Assembly (NCBI GenBank): GCA_902580765.1
Contig: CACHLW010000001.1
Span: forward strand, 41,143 to 105,142
Direction: 5' to 3'
Length of the DNA stretch: 64,000 bases
From: an uncultured Alphaproteobacteria bacterium
GTDB lineage: Bacteria > Pseudomonadota > Alphaproteobacteria > HIMB59 > GCA-002718135
In this document: positions 8,901 through 17,210 of the stretch, one piece after another
How the letters are laid out: each line of letters begins with the position of its first letter
Position numbering within the stretch: position 1 is the stretch's first letter
Notes under the pieces: generated by a model
Database searches by the model: none
What the model saw: the letters and a program-made list of their open reading frames with translations, nothing else
What the model was told of the DNA's origin: nothing
Position numbers and translations under genes: made by a program

Positions 8901-9689
8901 ATGCATGAATTTCAAAATAAATGGTTAAATCTTAGAGAAACTGTCGATAGGAATTCAAGAAATAAAAGAATACTATATTTAATTAATAAATTTTTTAAAA
9001 ATAAAAAAAATATTAGAATAGTTGACTTAGGTTCAGGTGCTGGATCTAATTATAGATTTCTTAAATCGAGATTATTAAATAATCAATATTGGTCTTTTGT
9101 AGATATATCACATCAATCAACAAATTATTTTAAAAAAAATATAAAATTATCATCTAAAATAAAAAAAACTAATTTTAAAATTGTTGATGTAATTAATAAT
9201 CTAGAAAAAATAAATCTTAATGATTATAATTTAGTTACAGGATCTGCTTTTTTAGATATTCTTCCAAAAACATGGTTTAAAAATTTTCATAAATTAAATG
9301 TTGATACAGAAATTGTCTACTTTGCCTTAAATTATAACGGTAATTTTAAATTTTTTCCAAAACACAAGGATGATAAAAAAATTCTTAATATTTTTAATAA
9401 AGATCAAAAATCTGACAAAGGAATAGGGGAAGTGGCCGTTGGACCAGATTGTACTGAATTAATAAATAAAGTATTTAAAAGGACTCACAAAACATATGTT
9501 TTAGACTCTACATGGGATGTTAGTAAAAATTATAAATTTCAAATTTATTTCTTAAATTTTTGTAGAGAAATTATTCAAAAAAATAAACTTAACTTTGATG
9601 ATTGGTTAAAATTTCGTTTAAAATGTATTAAAGAAAAAAATTCTAGATTTATTTTAAATAATACAGATTTTTTAGCTATTAAGAAATAA
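8901..9689 (+). CDS. Class-I SAM-dependent methyltransferase
   Basis: 262 aa. SAM motif I is IVDLGSGAGSN, and an acidic post-I residue (FVD) is present. It starts 1 nt after the glycosyltransferase. Confidence 0.65.
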   Translation: MHEFQNKWLNLRETVDRNSRNKRILYLINKFFKNKKNIRIVDLGSGAGSNYRFLKSRLLNNQYWSFVDISHQSTNYFKKNIKLSSKIKKTNFKIVDVINNLEKINLNDYNLVTGSAFLDILPKTWFKNFHKLNVDTEIVYFALNYNGNFKFFPKHKDDKKILNIFNKDQKSDKGIGEVAVGPDCTELINKVFKRTHKTYVLDSTWDVSKNYKFQIYFLNFCREIIQKNKLNFDDWLKFRLKCIKEKNSRFILNNTDFLAIKK

Positions 9690-10505
9690 ATTAACAATAA
9701 TTTCATTTTCTAATTCATTAAAATTATGTTTTGGTCTGATAGCTTTATTGAGATTTGAAATTTCTTTTAAATTTAATGAATTAATTCCGGAACCTATTAA
9801 TATTGGGGCAATCATAAATTGAAGAATATCAATATATTTATTATTTATTAATTCTGAAATAGTTTTTGATCCTCCCTCTACTAAAATATTTTTATATTTA
9901 AGTTTTTTTATTTGCGTAATTAAGTTTTTAGTAAAATTTTTTTCTTTTAACCTAATTATTATTGAATTATTTAATCTAATATTTTTATTACTTTTTGTAA
10001 AAATTATATTTTCATTACCGTCATTAAATATTTTATATTTGTTATTTAGTGAAAGACTGCCATCAATAATAATTCTTTTTGGATTTGTGCCCTTTATTTT
10101 TCTTGTTGTTAATAGGGGATCATCTTTTTTTATGGTATTTGAGCCTACAATAATTGCATCACTGATACTTCGTAAACAATGTAGGTAAATAATACTCTTG
10201 GGATTATTTATGTAATGTGAATTACCATTATTTAATGCAATTCTACCATCAATACTTTGTCCTATCTGAGCTATAACTAATTTTTTGTTTTTTTTTAATA
10301 TCGGGAAAAGGATATTTAAGATTGATTGATAAAATTTACTAATATTAATTTTAGATTCCAGATTATTATTTTTTATGTAAAAATTACTTTTTCTTTTTGA
10401 TGATAAAGAAATACTATTTTTTTTAACCAATAAATATAAATCACTATTCTTTTTAGAATTTTTTATAAAATCTAGTAAAATTCCTATATTTTTTGATGTA
10501 ATCAT
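9672..10505 (-). CDS. RibD C-terminal-domain (pyrimidine ribosyl reductase/DHFR-like) family protein, no deaminase domain
   Basis: 277 aa. ...IAQIGQSIDGRIA..., ...GSNTIKKDDPLLTTR... and ...ILVEGGSKTISELI... are RibD_C-type blocks. There is no CMP/dCMP deaminase zinc motif. The 3' end overlaps the methyltransferase by 18 nt (convergent). Confidence 0.7.
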   Translation of the reverse strand: MITSKNIGILLDFIKNSKKNSDLYLLVKKNSISLSSKRKSNFYIKNNNLESKINISKFYQSILNILFPILKKNKKLVIAQIGQSIDGRIALNNGNSHYINNPKSIIYLHCLRSISDAIIVGSNTIKKDDPLLTTRKIKGTNPKRIIIDGSLSLNNKYKIFNDGNENIIFTKSNKNIRLNNSIIIRLKEKNFTKNLITQIKKLKYKNILVEGGSKTISELINNKYIDILQFMIAPILIGSGINSLNLKEISNLNKAIRPKHNFNELENEIIVNLFLNS

Positions 10506-10541
10506 TTGTTTTTATTTCAATTATATCTATATAAAGTTTTC

Positions 10542-11663
10542 ATGAGTTTCAAATCTAATACAGGCACTATAATAGATAGGGCAATTAACGAACTCAGGAC
10601 CGGAAGACCCTTAATAATTCAGAATAACAAGGAATTTTGGATGTTCTTTAATATAGAGCATTCCCAAAGTAAAATTTTTAATCAATTCAATAAGCACTTA
10701 ATTGATGAAAAATATCTACTTATTACTAAACAAAAAGCTCAATCAATTTTTAATAAGAATATTAAAAGTAATATTTATTTTGAAATAAATCCCAAAACTG
10801 ATGTAAATCAAATAATAAATTTATTTGTCAACCCTCTTAGCAATAATAAAGTAATTAAATTTACCAATATTAAAAAATTCAAATCTAAAAATTTTCATAA
10901 TGTTTGTATTGATCTTTCCAAAAATGCTAAAATGATACCGTCGTTAGTTTTTAAAAAAATTAATAAAAAATATTACAAAAATATAAACGAATTTGGATAT
11001 AAGAATGGAATTTTAATATTTGACTACAAAGATTTATTGAAACAAAATGAATTAATTTGTGAAAGTATTAAATTAGTTTCCAGTGCAAAAGTTCCATTAC
11101 CAAAAAACGAAAATTCTAATTTTAAAATATTCAAATCATATATTGGATCTGATAAACATGTAGCGATAATTGTTAATCCAAAAAAAATAAATAAAAAATC
11201 TGTTAATTTAAGAATACATTCAGCTTGTTTTACAGGTGATATTTTTCATTCTTTAAAATGTGATTGTGGTGAGCAATTAAATCAATCAATCAATTACATG
11301 GTTAGAAATAATGGTGGAGTTATATTATATTTAGAACAAGAGGGTAGGGGAATAGGATTAGCTAATAAAATGAGAGCTTATTCTCTTCAAGCAAGGGGTA
11401 TGGATACAATAGACGCCGATCATAATATTGGTTTTTTAGATGATGAAAGAGATTTTAATATTGCAGCTAGAATACTGAAATTATTAAAAATAAATAAAGT
11501 TAATCTCATTACAAATAATAAAAATAAAATTAATTCTATTAAGAAAGCTGGAATTAAAGTCGAAAATCAAATAAATACAAAGCCAACATTGAATAAATTC
11601 AATAAAAATTATTTTAAAACAAGAGTTAAAAAAGCTGGGTACGGTCTTAAACTAGTAGTATAA
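10542..11663 (+). CDS. GTP cyclohydrolase II-like protein with a degenerate RibB-like N-terminal domain
   Basis: The C-terminal ~170 aa read RIHSACFTGDIFHSLKCDCG (Zn Cys triad with E. coli spacing), LYLEQEGRGIGLANKMRAYSLQ and DERDF. The N-terminal ~200 aa start like DHBP synthase (IDRAINELRTGRPLII) but lack its acidic DDEDRENEGD motif. I moved the start from the track's TTG 10506 to ATG 10542 (MSFKSN...). Confidence 0.8.
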   Translation: MSFKSNTGTIIDRAINELRTGRPLIIQNNKEFWMFFNIEHSQSKIFNQFNKHLIDEKYLLITKQKAQSIFNKNIKSNIYFEINPKTDVNQIINLFVNPLSNNKVIKFTNIKKFKSKNFHNVCIDLSKNAKMIPSLVFKKINKKYYKNINEFGYKNGILIFDYKDLLKQNELICESIKLVSSAKVPLPKNENSNFKIFKSYIGSDKHVAIIVNPKKINKKSVNLRIHSACFTGDIFHSLKCDCGEQLNQSINYMVRNNGGVILYLEQEGRGIGLANKMRAYSLQARGMDTIDADHNIGFLDDERDFNIAARILKLLKINKVNLITNNKNKINSIKKAGIKVENQINTKPTLNKFNKNYFKTRVKKAGYGLKLVV

Positions 11664-11665
11664 TT

Positions 11666-12109
11666 ATGAAAAAAATTCCTAAGATAAAACTTCAATTAAC
11701 AAACGATAATGAGTTTGATTCCTCTAAATTAAAGAATAAAACAGTTTTATTCTTTTACCCTAAGGCGTTAACTGGTGGATGCTCAGTAGAAGTTGCAGAT
11801 TTTCAGAAATACTTAACAAAATTTAATAAAATTGGCTTTGATGTAATAGGAGCTTCTAAAGATCCTGTTGATCGTAATAAAAAATTTTCAGATAAGTATA
11901 AATTGAAATACCCACTTGGTTCAGATGAAGGAAAAAATTGTGATAAACTTGGTATTTGGATAGAAAAATCTATGTATGGTAGAAAATATTTTGGGATAGA
12001 TAGATCTACATTTGTAATCGATAAATATGGAAAAATTCTAAATTCTTGGAATAAAGTGAAAGTTAAAGGTCATGTTGAAGAAGTTTATAATTTTTGTAAA
12101 GATCAGTAA
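11666..12109 (+). CDS. bcp: Peroxiredoxin, Bcp/PrxQ type
   Basis: 147 aa. The P-x3-T-x2-C peroxidatic motif is YPKALTGGC. A ...GAS.D... block is present. It starts 2 nt after the upstream gene. Confidence 0.8.
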   Translation: MKKIPKIKLQLTNDNEFDSSKLKNKTVLFFYPKALTGGCSVEVADFQKYLTKFNKIGFDVIGASKDPVDRNKKFSDKYKLKYPLGSDEGKNCDKLGIWIEKSMYGRKYFGIDRSTFVIDKYGKILNSWNKVKVKGHVEEVYNFCKDQ

Positions 12110-12113
12110 ATTT

Positions 12114-13007
12114 TTATTTAATTTTACCTATTTCTTTTTCTCTTTTAATTACAAATAAACCACTTAACGTAATAATTATTGCACCAATAATCATATTATA
12201 AGTTGGAGTTTCACCTAGTATTAAATACCCAAAAATCATACCAAATATAATTACACTGTATCTTGCAGAGGCGGTTAATGAGAGTGGTGCATAAAAAACT
12301 GTTAATACTGAAAATAAATATCCGAATAAAACAAATATACTAGAAACAAGAATATAATTTACATCTTCACCGCTTACTTGATAACCAAAAATAATTGAAC
12401 CCAACCCTGCAAACCCAGTAATCAACAATGCTGTCACAAATGTAATTTCAACACTATTTGATTTAGTAGCTAAACTTTTTGTAGCAATATCTCTAATAGT
12501 TAAAAAAATAGCAGCTAAAATTGGTAACACTAAAAGATAATTAAATTGAAAATTTTGTGGATTTACAACTACTAGCACACCTAAAAAACCAATAATAACT
12601 GCACACCATCTTCTTATTCCAACTTTCTCTCCTAAAAAAAGAAAAGCAAATATTGTGACAAAGAAAGGATTAGTCATTAAAAGTGTATAAACCTCAGATA
12701 TTGGAAGTAATATTAAACCAACTAAAAAAAATAATGCTGTTAAAACTTCATACAAACCTCTTATATGAAAACTTTTGATTGATAGTATTTTAATTAAATT
12801 TTTTTTTTCGAAAAAAACTAAATATAAACCTAATAAACTTGATGTAACTAAACCTCTTAAAAAAATTACAGAATATAATGAATTGTCATCACCTATATTT
12901 TTTACAACAAGTTTGACATAACTATCATTTATAGAGAATGATAATTGGCCAGCCATCATAAAAAGTACACCTATCGTCCCAACTGAAAATAAAATCTTGC
13001 TTTTCAT
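12114..13007 (-). CDS. DMT-superfamily (EamA) transporter
   Basis: 297 aa with ~10 TM segments. Mid-protein motif FLGEKVGIRRWCAVIIGFLGVLVVVNP. Confidence 0.85.
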   Translation of the reverse strand: MKSKILFSVGTIGVLFMMAGQLSFSINDSYVKLVVKNIGDDNSLYSVIFLRGLVTSSLLGLYLVFFEKKNLIKILSIKSFHIRGLYEVLTALFFLVGLILLPISEVYTLLMTNPFFVTIFAFLFLGEKVGIRRWCAVIIGFLGVLVVVNPQNFQFNYLLVLPILAAIFLTIRDIATKSLATKSNSVEITFVTALLITGFAGLGSIIFGYQVSGEDVNYILVSSIFVLFGYLFSVLTVFYAPLSLTASARYSVIIFGMIFGYLILGETPTYNMIIGAIIITLSGLFVIKREKEIGKIK

Positions 13008-13031
13008 AATAAAAAAAAATATTTAACTGAT

Positions 13032-14366
13032 ATGTTACAAAGAAATACTTCCAGCCATTTATATGGATTTACTGACTTGAAGTCATTAAATGAAAGAGGG
13101 CCTTTAGTTATTTCTTATGGAAAAGGAATACATGTTTACGATACTAAAGGTAATAAATATCTAGATGGGAATTCTGGTCTATGGAATCAGTGTGCTGGTT
13201 TTGACCATCCTGGACTAATTGAAGTTGCAAAAAAACAGTATGAAAAATTTGCTGGTTATCATTCTTTATTTGGAAGATTGTCTGAAGAAACGTTGCAGCT
13301 ATCTGAAAAAATTATTGAAGTATCACCTTTTGATCAAGGTCGTGTATTCTTTTGTAATTCAGGATCTGAAGCAAATGACACCATGGTCAAAATGTTATGG
13401 ATGTTAAATGCAAGAATTGGAAAGCCAAATAGACGAAAAATTATAACAAGAATTAATGGATATCATGGCGTTACTTTAGGAGCTTCTTCAATGACAGCCA
13501 AACCATATAATAAAGAGTTTGGTTTACCATCTGAAGAATTTATTCATATTGAATGTCCTCATTATTGGAAATATGGATTAGAGAATGAAACGGAAGAAGA
13601 ATTTTCTCTTAGGATGGCCAAAAATTTAGAAGAAAAAATCATCAAAGAAGATCCAGAAACTATTGCAGGTTTTGTTGCAGAACCTGTTCAAGGTGCAGGA
13701 GGTTGTATACCTCCTTCAAAATCGTATTTTGATTTAGTTCAGCCTATATTAAAAAAATATAATATTCCTTTTATCGCAGATGAAGTAATTTGTGGATTTG
13801 GTAGAACTGGAAATTTATGGGGCTGCGATACATACAATATCAAACCAGATATAATTATCTCATCTAAATGTTTAACCGCTGGATACTTTCCTATGGGAGC
13901 AGTTATAGTTAATAAAGAATTTTCAGATAAATTTGTTGAAGTATCAGAAGAAGCAGAAGAATTTCCACATGGTTTTACAGCTGGCGGTCATCCTGTTGGA
14001 TGTGCGATTGCTTTGAAAGCAATAGATGTAATTATGAATGAGGGTTTATTAGACAATGTAAAGTTGATGGAACCTTATTTTTTTGAAAGATTAAATGAAT
14101 TTAATGATTATGCACACATTGGAGAAACTAGAGGTATAGGTCTTATGGCTGCATTAGAGATGGTAAAAAATAAAGATACAAAAGAGCCATTCGAAGGTTA
14201 TCTTAACATGGGAGATAAAGTTGCTAATTTATCAATTGATAATGGATTAATTTGTAGACCTTTAGGTCCTGCTATTGTTTTGTGTCCTCAATTTATAATT
14301 ACAAAAAATCAAATTGATGAAATCTTTGATTCTCTTCATAAAACTATAAAGCAAGTATTTAATTAA
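13032..14366 (+). CDS. Class-III PLP aminotransferase (omega-transaminase type; substrate unknown)
   Basis: 444 aa. NSGSEAND, IADEVICGFGRTG, and a PLP lysine block ISSKCLTAGYFPMGAV. Confidence 0.85.
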   Translation: MLQRNTSSHLYGFTDLKSLNERGPLVISYGKGIHVYDTKGNKYLDGNSGLWNQCAGFDHPGLIEVAKKQYEKFAGYHSLFGRLSEETLQLSEKIIEVSPFDQGRVFFCNSGSEANDTMVKMLWMLNARIGKPNRRKIITRINGYHGVTLGASSMTAKPYNKEFGLPSEEFIHIECPHYWKYGLENETEEEFSLRMAKNLEEKIIKEDPETIAGFVAEPVQGAGGCIPPSKSYFDLVQPILKKYNIPFIADEVICGFGRTGNLWGCDTYNIKPDIIISSKCLTAGYFPMGAVIVNKEFSDKFVEVSEEAEEFPHGFTAGGHPVGCAIALKAIDVIMNEGLLDNVKLMEPYFFERLNEFNDYAHIGETRGIGLMAALEMVKNKDTKEPFEGYLNMGDKVANLSIDNGLICRPLGPAIVLCPQFIITKNQIDEIFDSLHKTIKQVFN

Positions 14367-14692
14367 GTATCGTATTTAACTATAAAACCAGAATACTTAA
14401 CATTACTTATAATGCTACTAGGAATAACTCCTTCAACTAATGCAAGTGAGGGACCATCTTTCGCTTTCTCTGTAATAGATAGAATACTTTGCATATCTCC
14501 CTGAATAATAGCTTCTACTTCATCTTTACTTTCTTTGTTTTGTACATATCCATTTAATCCTAAAGAAATTGCTAAATCACTAAACCAGTGCCTAAATCCA
14601 ACACCTTGCACTTTTCCTTTTATTATTAGACGATAAGTTTTTATTTCATTTGTATTCATCTCTCTATCAATATAAGTACTTTTTATATTCAC
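14363..14692 (-). CDS. Acylphosphatase
   Basis: The IKGKVQGVGFRHW signature. The probable true start is the internal Met (MNTNEIK..., about 14659). Its stop codon shares TTAA with the convergent aminotransferase. Confidence 0.85.
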   Translation of the reverse strand: MNIKSTYIDREMNTNEIKTYRLIIKGKVQGVGFRHWFSDLAISLGLNGYVQNKESKDEVEAIIQGDMQSILSITEKAKDGPSLALVEGVIPSSIISNVKYSGFIVKYDT

Positions 14693-14713
14693 ACAATCCC
14701 TAAATAGTAATTA

Positions 14714-15589
14714 ATGTTTAATAAAAAAATTTTGTATTGTTCTTTGTCATTAATTTTGGGTGGAAGTTTATTTGTAATACATGATGCAATAATAAATCAT
14801 TTAACAGAAATTGAGTTTAAGTTTTATCATCATGTATTTTTTGGAAGTCCTTGGTTAATTTTAATATTTATATATTTATACTTTACTAGAAATATTAAAA
14901 CTTATTTAGAGTCATCAAATTATTCAATTTTAATATTAAGAGGTTTTTTATTTTTACCTTTACCTTATATGCTTTTTATAAGTTTACAAAATATTACATT
15001 ACCAGAATGGACAACTCTTAATATGATCTCACCTATTTTAGGATCAATTCTAGCAATATTATTTTTAGGAGAAAAAATAAATTATTTTACAACCACTGCT
15101 GTTTTTTTAGGATTTATTGGTGTTATATTTATTATACAGCCAGGTTTTCAATATTTTAGTTTTTATTATTTATTTCCCATTTATGGTGCATTTACTCTAG
15201 CATTGCAGAGTTTTTTAGCGAATAAATATTCAAATATTACAACAACTTTAGGTTTTTTTATATATGGATTAGTACCTATAAATTTGGTTTCTGTAGTTTT
15301 ATTTATATTTGATCCACTAATTAATTATCAATTATTTTTTATTTCATTATTTGCTGGTTTAATTGTTTTAATAGGTGTTTATCTTGTAACCTATGCGTTT
15401 CAAAATTCTAAAAATCATTTTTCATCAATTTTTGCCTTATTTTATTTACAAATATTATGGTCATTATTAATTGGTATTATATTTTTTAATGAATATCTTA
15501 ATTTTATTGCATTAATAGGAGCGTTATTAATTGTATTAAGTGGAATTCTGTCCCTTCAAGCTCAAAAAAAACAACTTAAGGATTTATAA
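14714..15589 (+). CDS. DMT-superfamily (EamA) transporter, tandem paralogue 1
   Basis: 291 aa with ~10 TM segments. It aligns end to end with the next gene: DAIIN.L, KFYH, LP.PF, LPE.TTLNM, FL.EK.N, IQPGF, YLQ.LWS, LSGI.SL...KQLKD. Confidence 0.75.
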   Translation: MFNKKILYCSLSLILGGSLFVIHDAIINHLTEIEFKFYHHVFFGSPWLILIFIYLYFTRNIKTYLESSNYSILILRGFLFLPLPYMLFISLQNITLPEWTTLNMISPILGSILAILFLGEKINYFTTTAVFLGFIGVIFIIQPGFQYFSFYYLFPIYGAFTLALQSFLANKYSNITTTLGFFIYGLVPINLVSVVLFIFDPLINYQLFFISLFAGLIVLIGVYLVTYAFQNSKNHFSSIFALFYLQILWSLLIGIIFFNEYLNFIALIGALLIVLSGILSLQAQKKQLKDL

Positions 15590-15608
15590 TTATTATTAAA
15601 ATTAATTT

Positions 15609-16487
15609 ATGAAAAAAAGTATAATTTATTCTTCAATCCTTTTGTTTTTTGCCGGAATATTTTTTGTAACAAATGACGCTATAATAAATTATCTATCTCA
15701 AAAAGATGTAAAATTTTATCATTTCATTTTTTATGGAATACCCATTTTTCTATGTTTTCCATTTTATTTTTTAATTAATGGAACTTTAAAAAAACATATA
15801 AAATGTACTAATTATTTTCCACCTATTTTTAGAGGTTTTTTAAACATTCCTCTGCCATTTATAGCTTTTATAACACTTGAACAAATTAAACTTCCTGAAT
15901 TCACAACTTTAAATATGACTGCACCTTTAATGGGCACAATATTTGCAATATTTTTCTTAAATGAAAAATTAAATGTTTTAGCCTATATTTCTCTTTTAAT
16001 TGGTTTTTTGGGTGTTTTGTTTGTAATTCAACCAGGATTTGAAAGTTTTAATATTTATTATTTAATTGTCCTCATTGGAGTATTGTTAATTACCGTTACA
16101 ACTTTTATTGTAAATAAATACAGTTATGTGACAACAAATATTGGTTATTTCTTGTATGGTGGTTTTTTTGTTCACTTTGTTTCAATACCTTTATTTTTAA
16201 TGAATCCATTAAAAGTATCTCTTATTGATTTTTTCTTAATTATAACTGCTGCATTATTTATTAATTCAGCTATGTTTTTTGCAACAACTGCATTTAAAAT
16301 TGCTCAAAAACATTATGCTTCTGTATTCAGTTTGGTCTACCTCCAGGTATTGTGGTCATCATTAGTTGGAATATTTATCTTTAATGAATATATGAATTTA
16401 TATGCTTATATCGGAGCATTATTTATTGTTTTAAGTGGAATTGTTTCATTACCTTCACAAATTAAACAATTAAAGGATGCACATTAA
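15609..16487 (+). CDS. DMT-superfamily (EamA) transporter, tandem paralogue 2
   Basis: 292 aa. Collinear with 14714-15589 at roughly 40-45% identity by eye. Confidence 0.75.
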   Translation: MKKSIIYSSILLFFAGIFFVTNDAIINYLSQKDVKFYHFIFYGIPIFLCFPFYFLINGTLKKHIKCTNYFPPIFRGFLNIPLPFIAFITLEQIKLPEFTTLNMTAPLMGTIFAIFFLNEKLNVLAYISLLIGFLGVLFVIQPGFESFNIYYLIVLIGVLLITVTTFIVNKYSYVTTNIGYFLYGGFFVHFVSIPLFLMNPLKVSLIDFFLIITAALFINSAMFFATTAFKIAQKHYASVFSLVYLQVLWSSLVGIFIFNEYMNLYAYIGALFIVLSGIVSLPSQIKQLKDAH

Positions 16488-17209
16488 TGAATAAATTTTT
16501 TTTAATTTTATTTATTTGTATTTTTAGTTTCAAATCTTTTTCTAATGAAGTTAAAATATTAAGTGAGTCTATCGGTAGTGGCTTAGAAGTTAAAAATCAT
16601 TCTAAATTATCTGTTCATTACATTGGCAAGCTAGAAGATAATACTGTTTTTGATAGTTCTTATGATAGAGGGCAATTTTTTAATTTTCAAATAGGTGTAA
16701 GGAAAGTTATCTTAGGTTGGGAAACTGGTTTACTTGGAATGAAAGAGGGTGGTAAACGAACAATCTTTATCCCATATCAGTTAGCTTATGGTGAAACTGG
16801 TGCAGGCAGTTTGATTCCACCAAAATCAAATCTTATTTTTGATATTGAAGTAATAAAGGTAATTCCACCTGGGTATAAAGAAATAGATGGTTATCAGTTA
16901 AAATTAGCAATGACTGATGACTTTAAAATTATAGATATTAGGAATGATGATCAAATAAATAATACCAATAAAATACCTGGTGCTATTCATATTACAGCAT
17001 TTGATAAAAATGGAAATTTTTTCCCTGATTTTTTTGAAAAGTATAAAGAAAATGTACAAATAGGAGATAAAGTTATTTTTATAAGCCAAAAAGGGGATAT
17101 ATCTTCAATTTTAGCTAATGGATTTGTCGAACAACTAAATCAATCAAATATTTATCACTTAAAGGATGGTATATTAGGTTTAGAAAAAATAAATTTTGAT
17201 TTTGAGTAA
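16487..17209 (+). CDS. Secreted FKBP-type peptidyl-prolyl isomerase fused to a rhodanese-like domain
   Basis: A signal peptide is followed by an FKBP block (VHYIGKLEDNTVFDSSYDRG..., VILGWETGLLGMKEGGKR, IPPKSNLIFDIEVIKV). A C-terminal ~110 aa has rhodanese-like topology (IIDIRN...IPGAIHI...VIFISQKGDISS...L.DG). Confidence 0.8.
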   Translation: MNKFFLILFICIFSFKSFSNEVKILSESIGSGLEVKNHSKLSVHYIGKLEDNTVFDSSYDRGQFFNFQIGVRKVILGWETGLLGMKEGGKRTIFIPYQLAYGETGAGSLIPPKSNLIFDIEVIKVIPPGYKEIDGYQLKLAMTDDFKIIDIRNDDQINNTNKIPGAIHITAFDKNGNFFPDFFEKYKENVQIGDKVIFISQKGDISSILANGFVEQLNQSNIYHLKDGILGLEKINFDFE

Positions 17210-17210
17210 A

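Noticed and set aside
10506-10541. Track-supplied N-terminal extensions and alternative starts: TTG 10506 for the GCH II-like gene, TTG 56455 for PhyH, 27592 for coaD, 24328 for ssb and 39998 for tmk.
   Set aside because: In each case an internal ATG gives an N-terminus matching the conserved family start (MSFKSN..., MKDFYD..., [10 protein letters not shown]..., MVGSVNK..., MKSNKGLFITFEG...). The extension would overlap or abut the neighbouring gene and adds only low-complexity residues.
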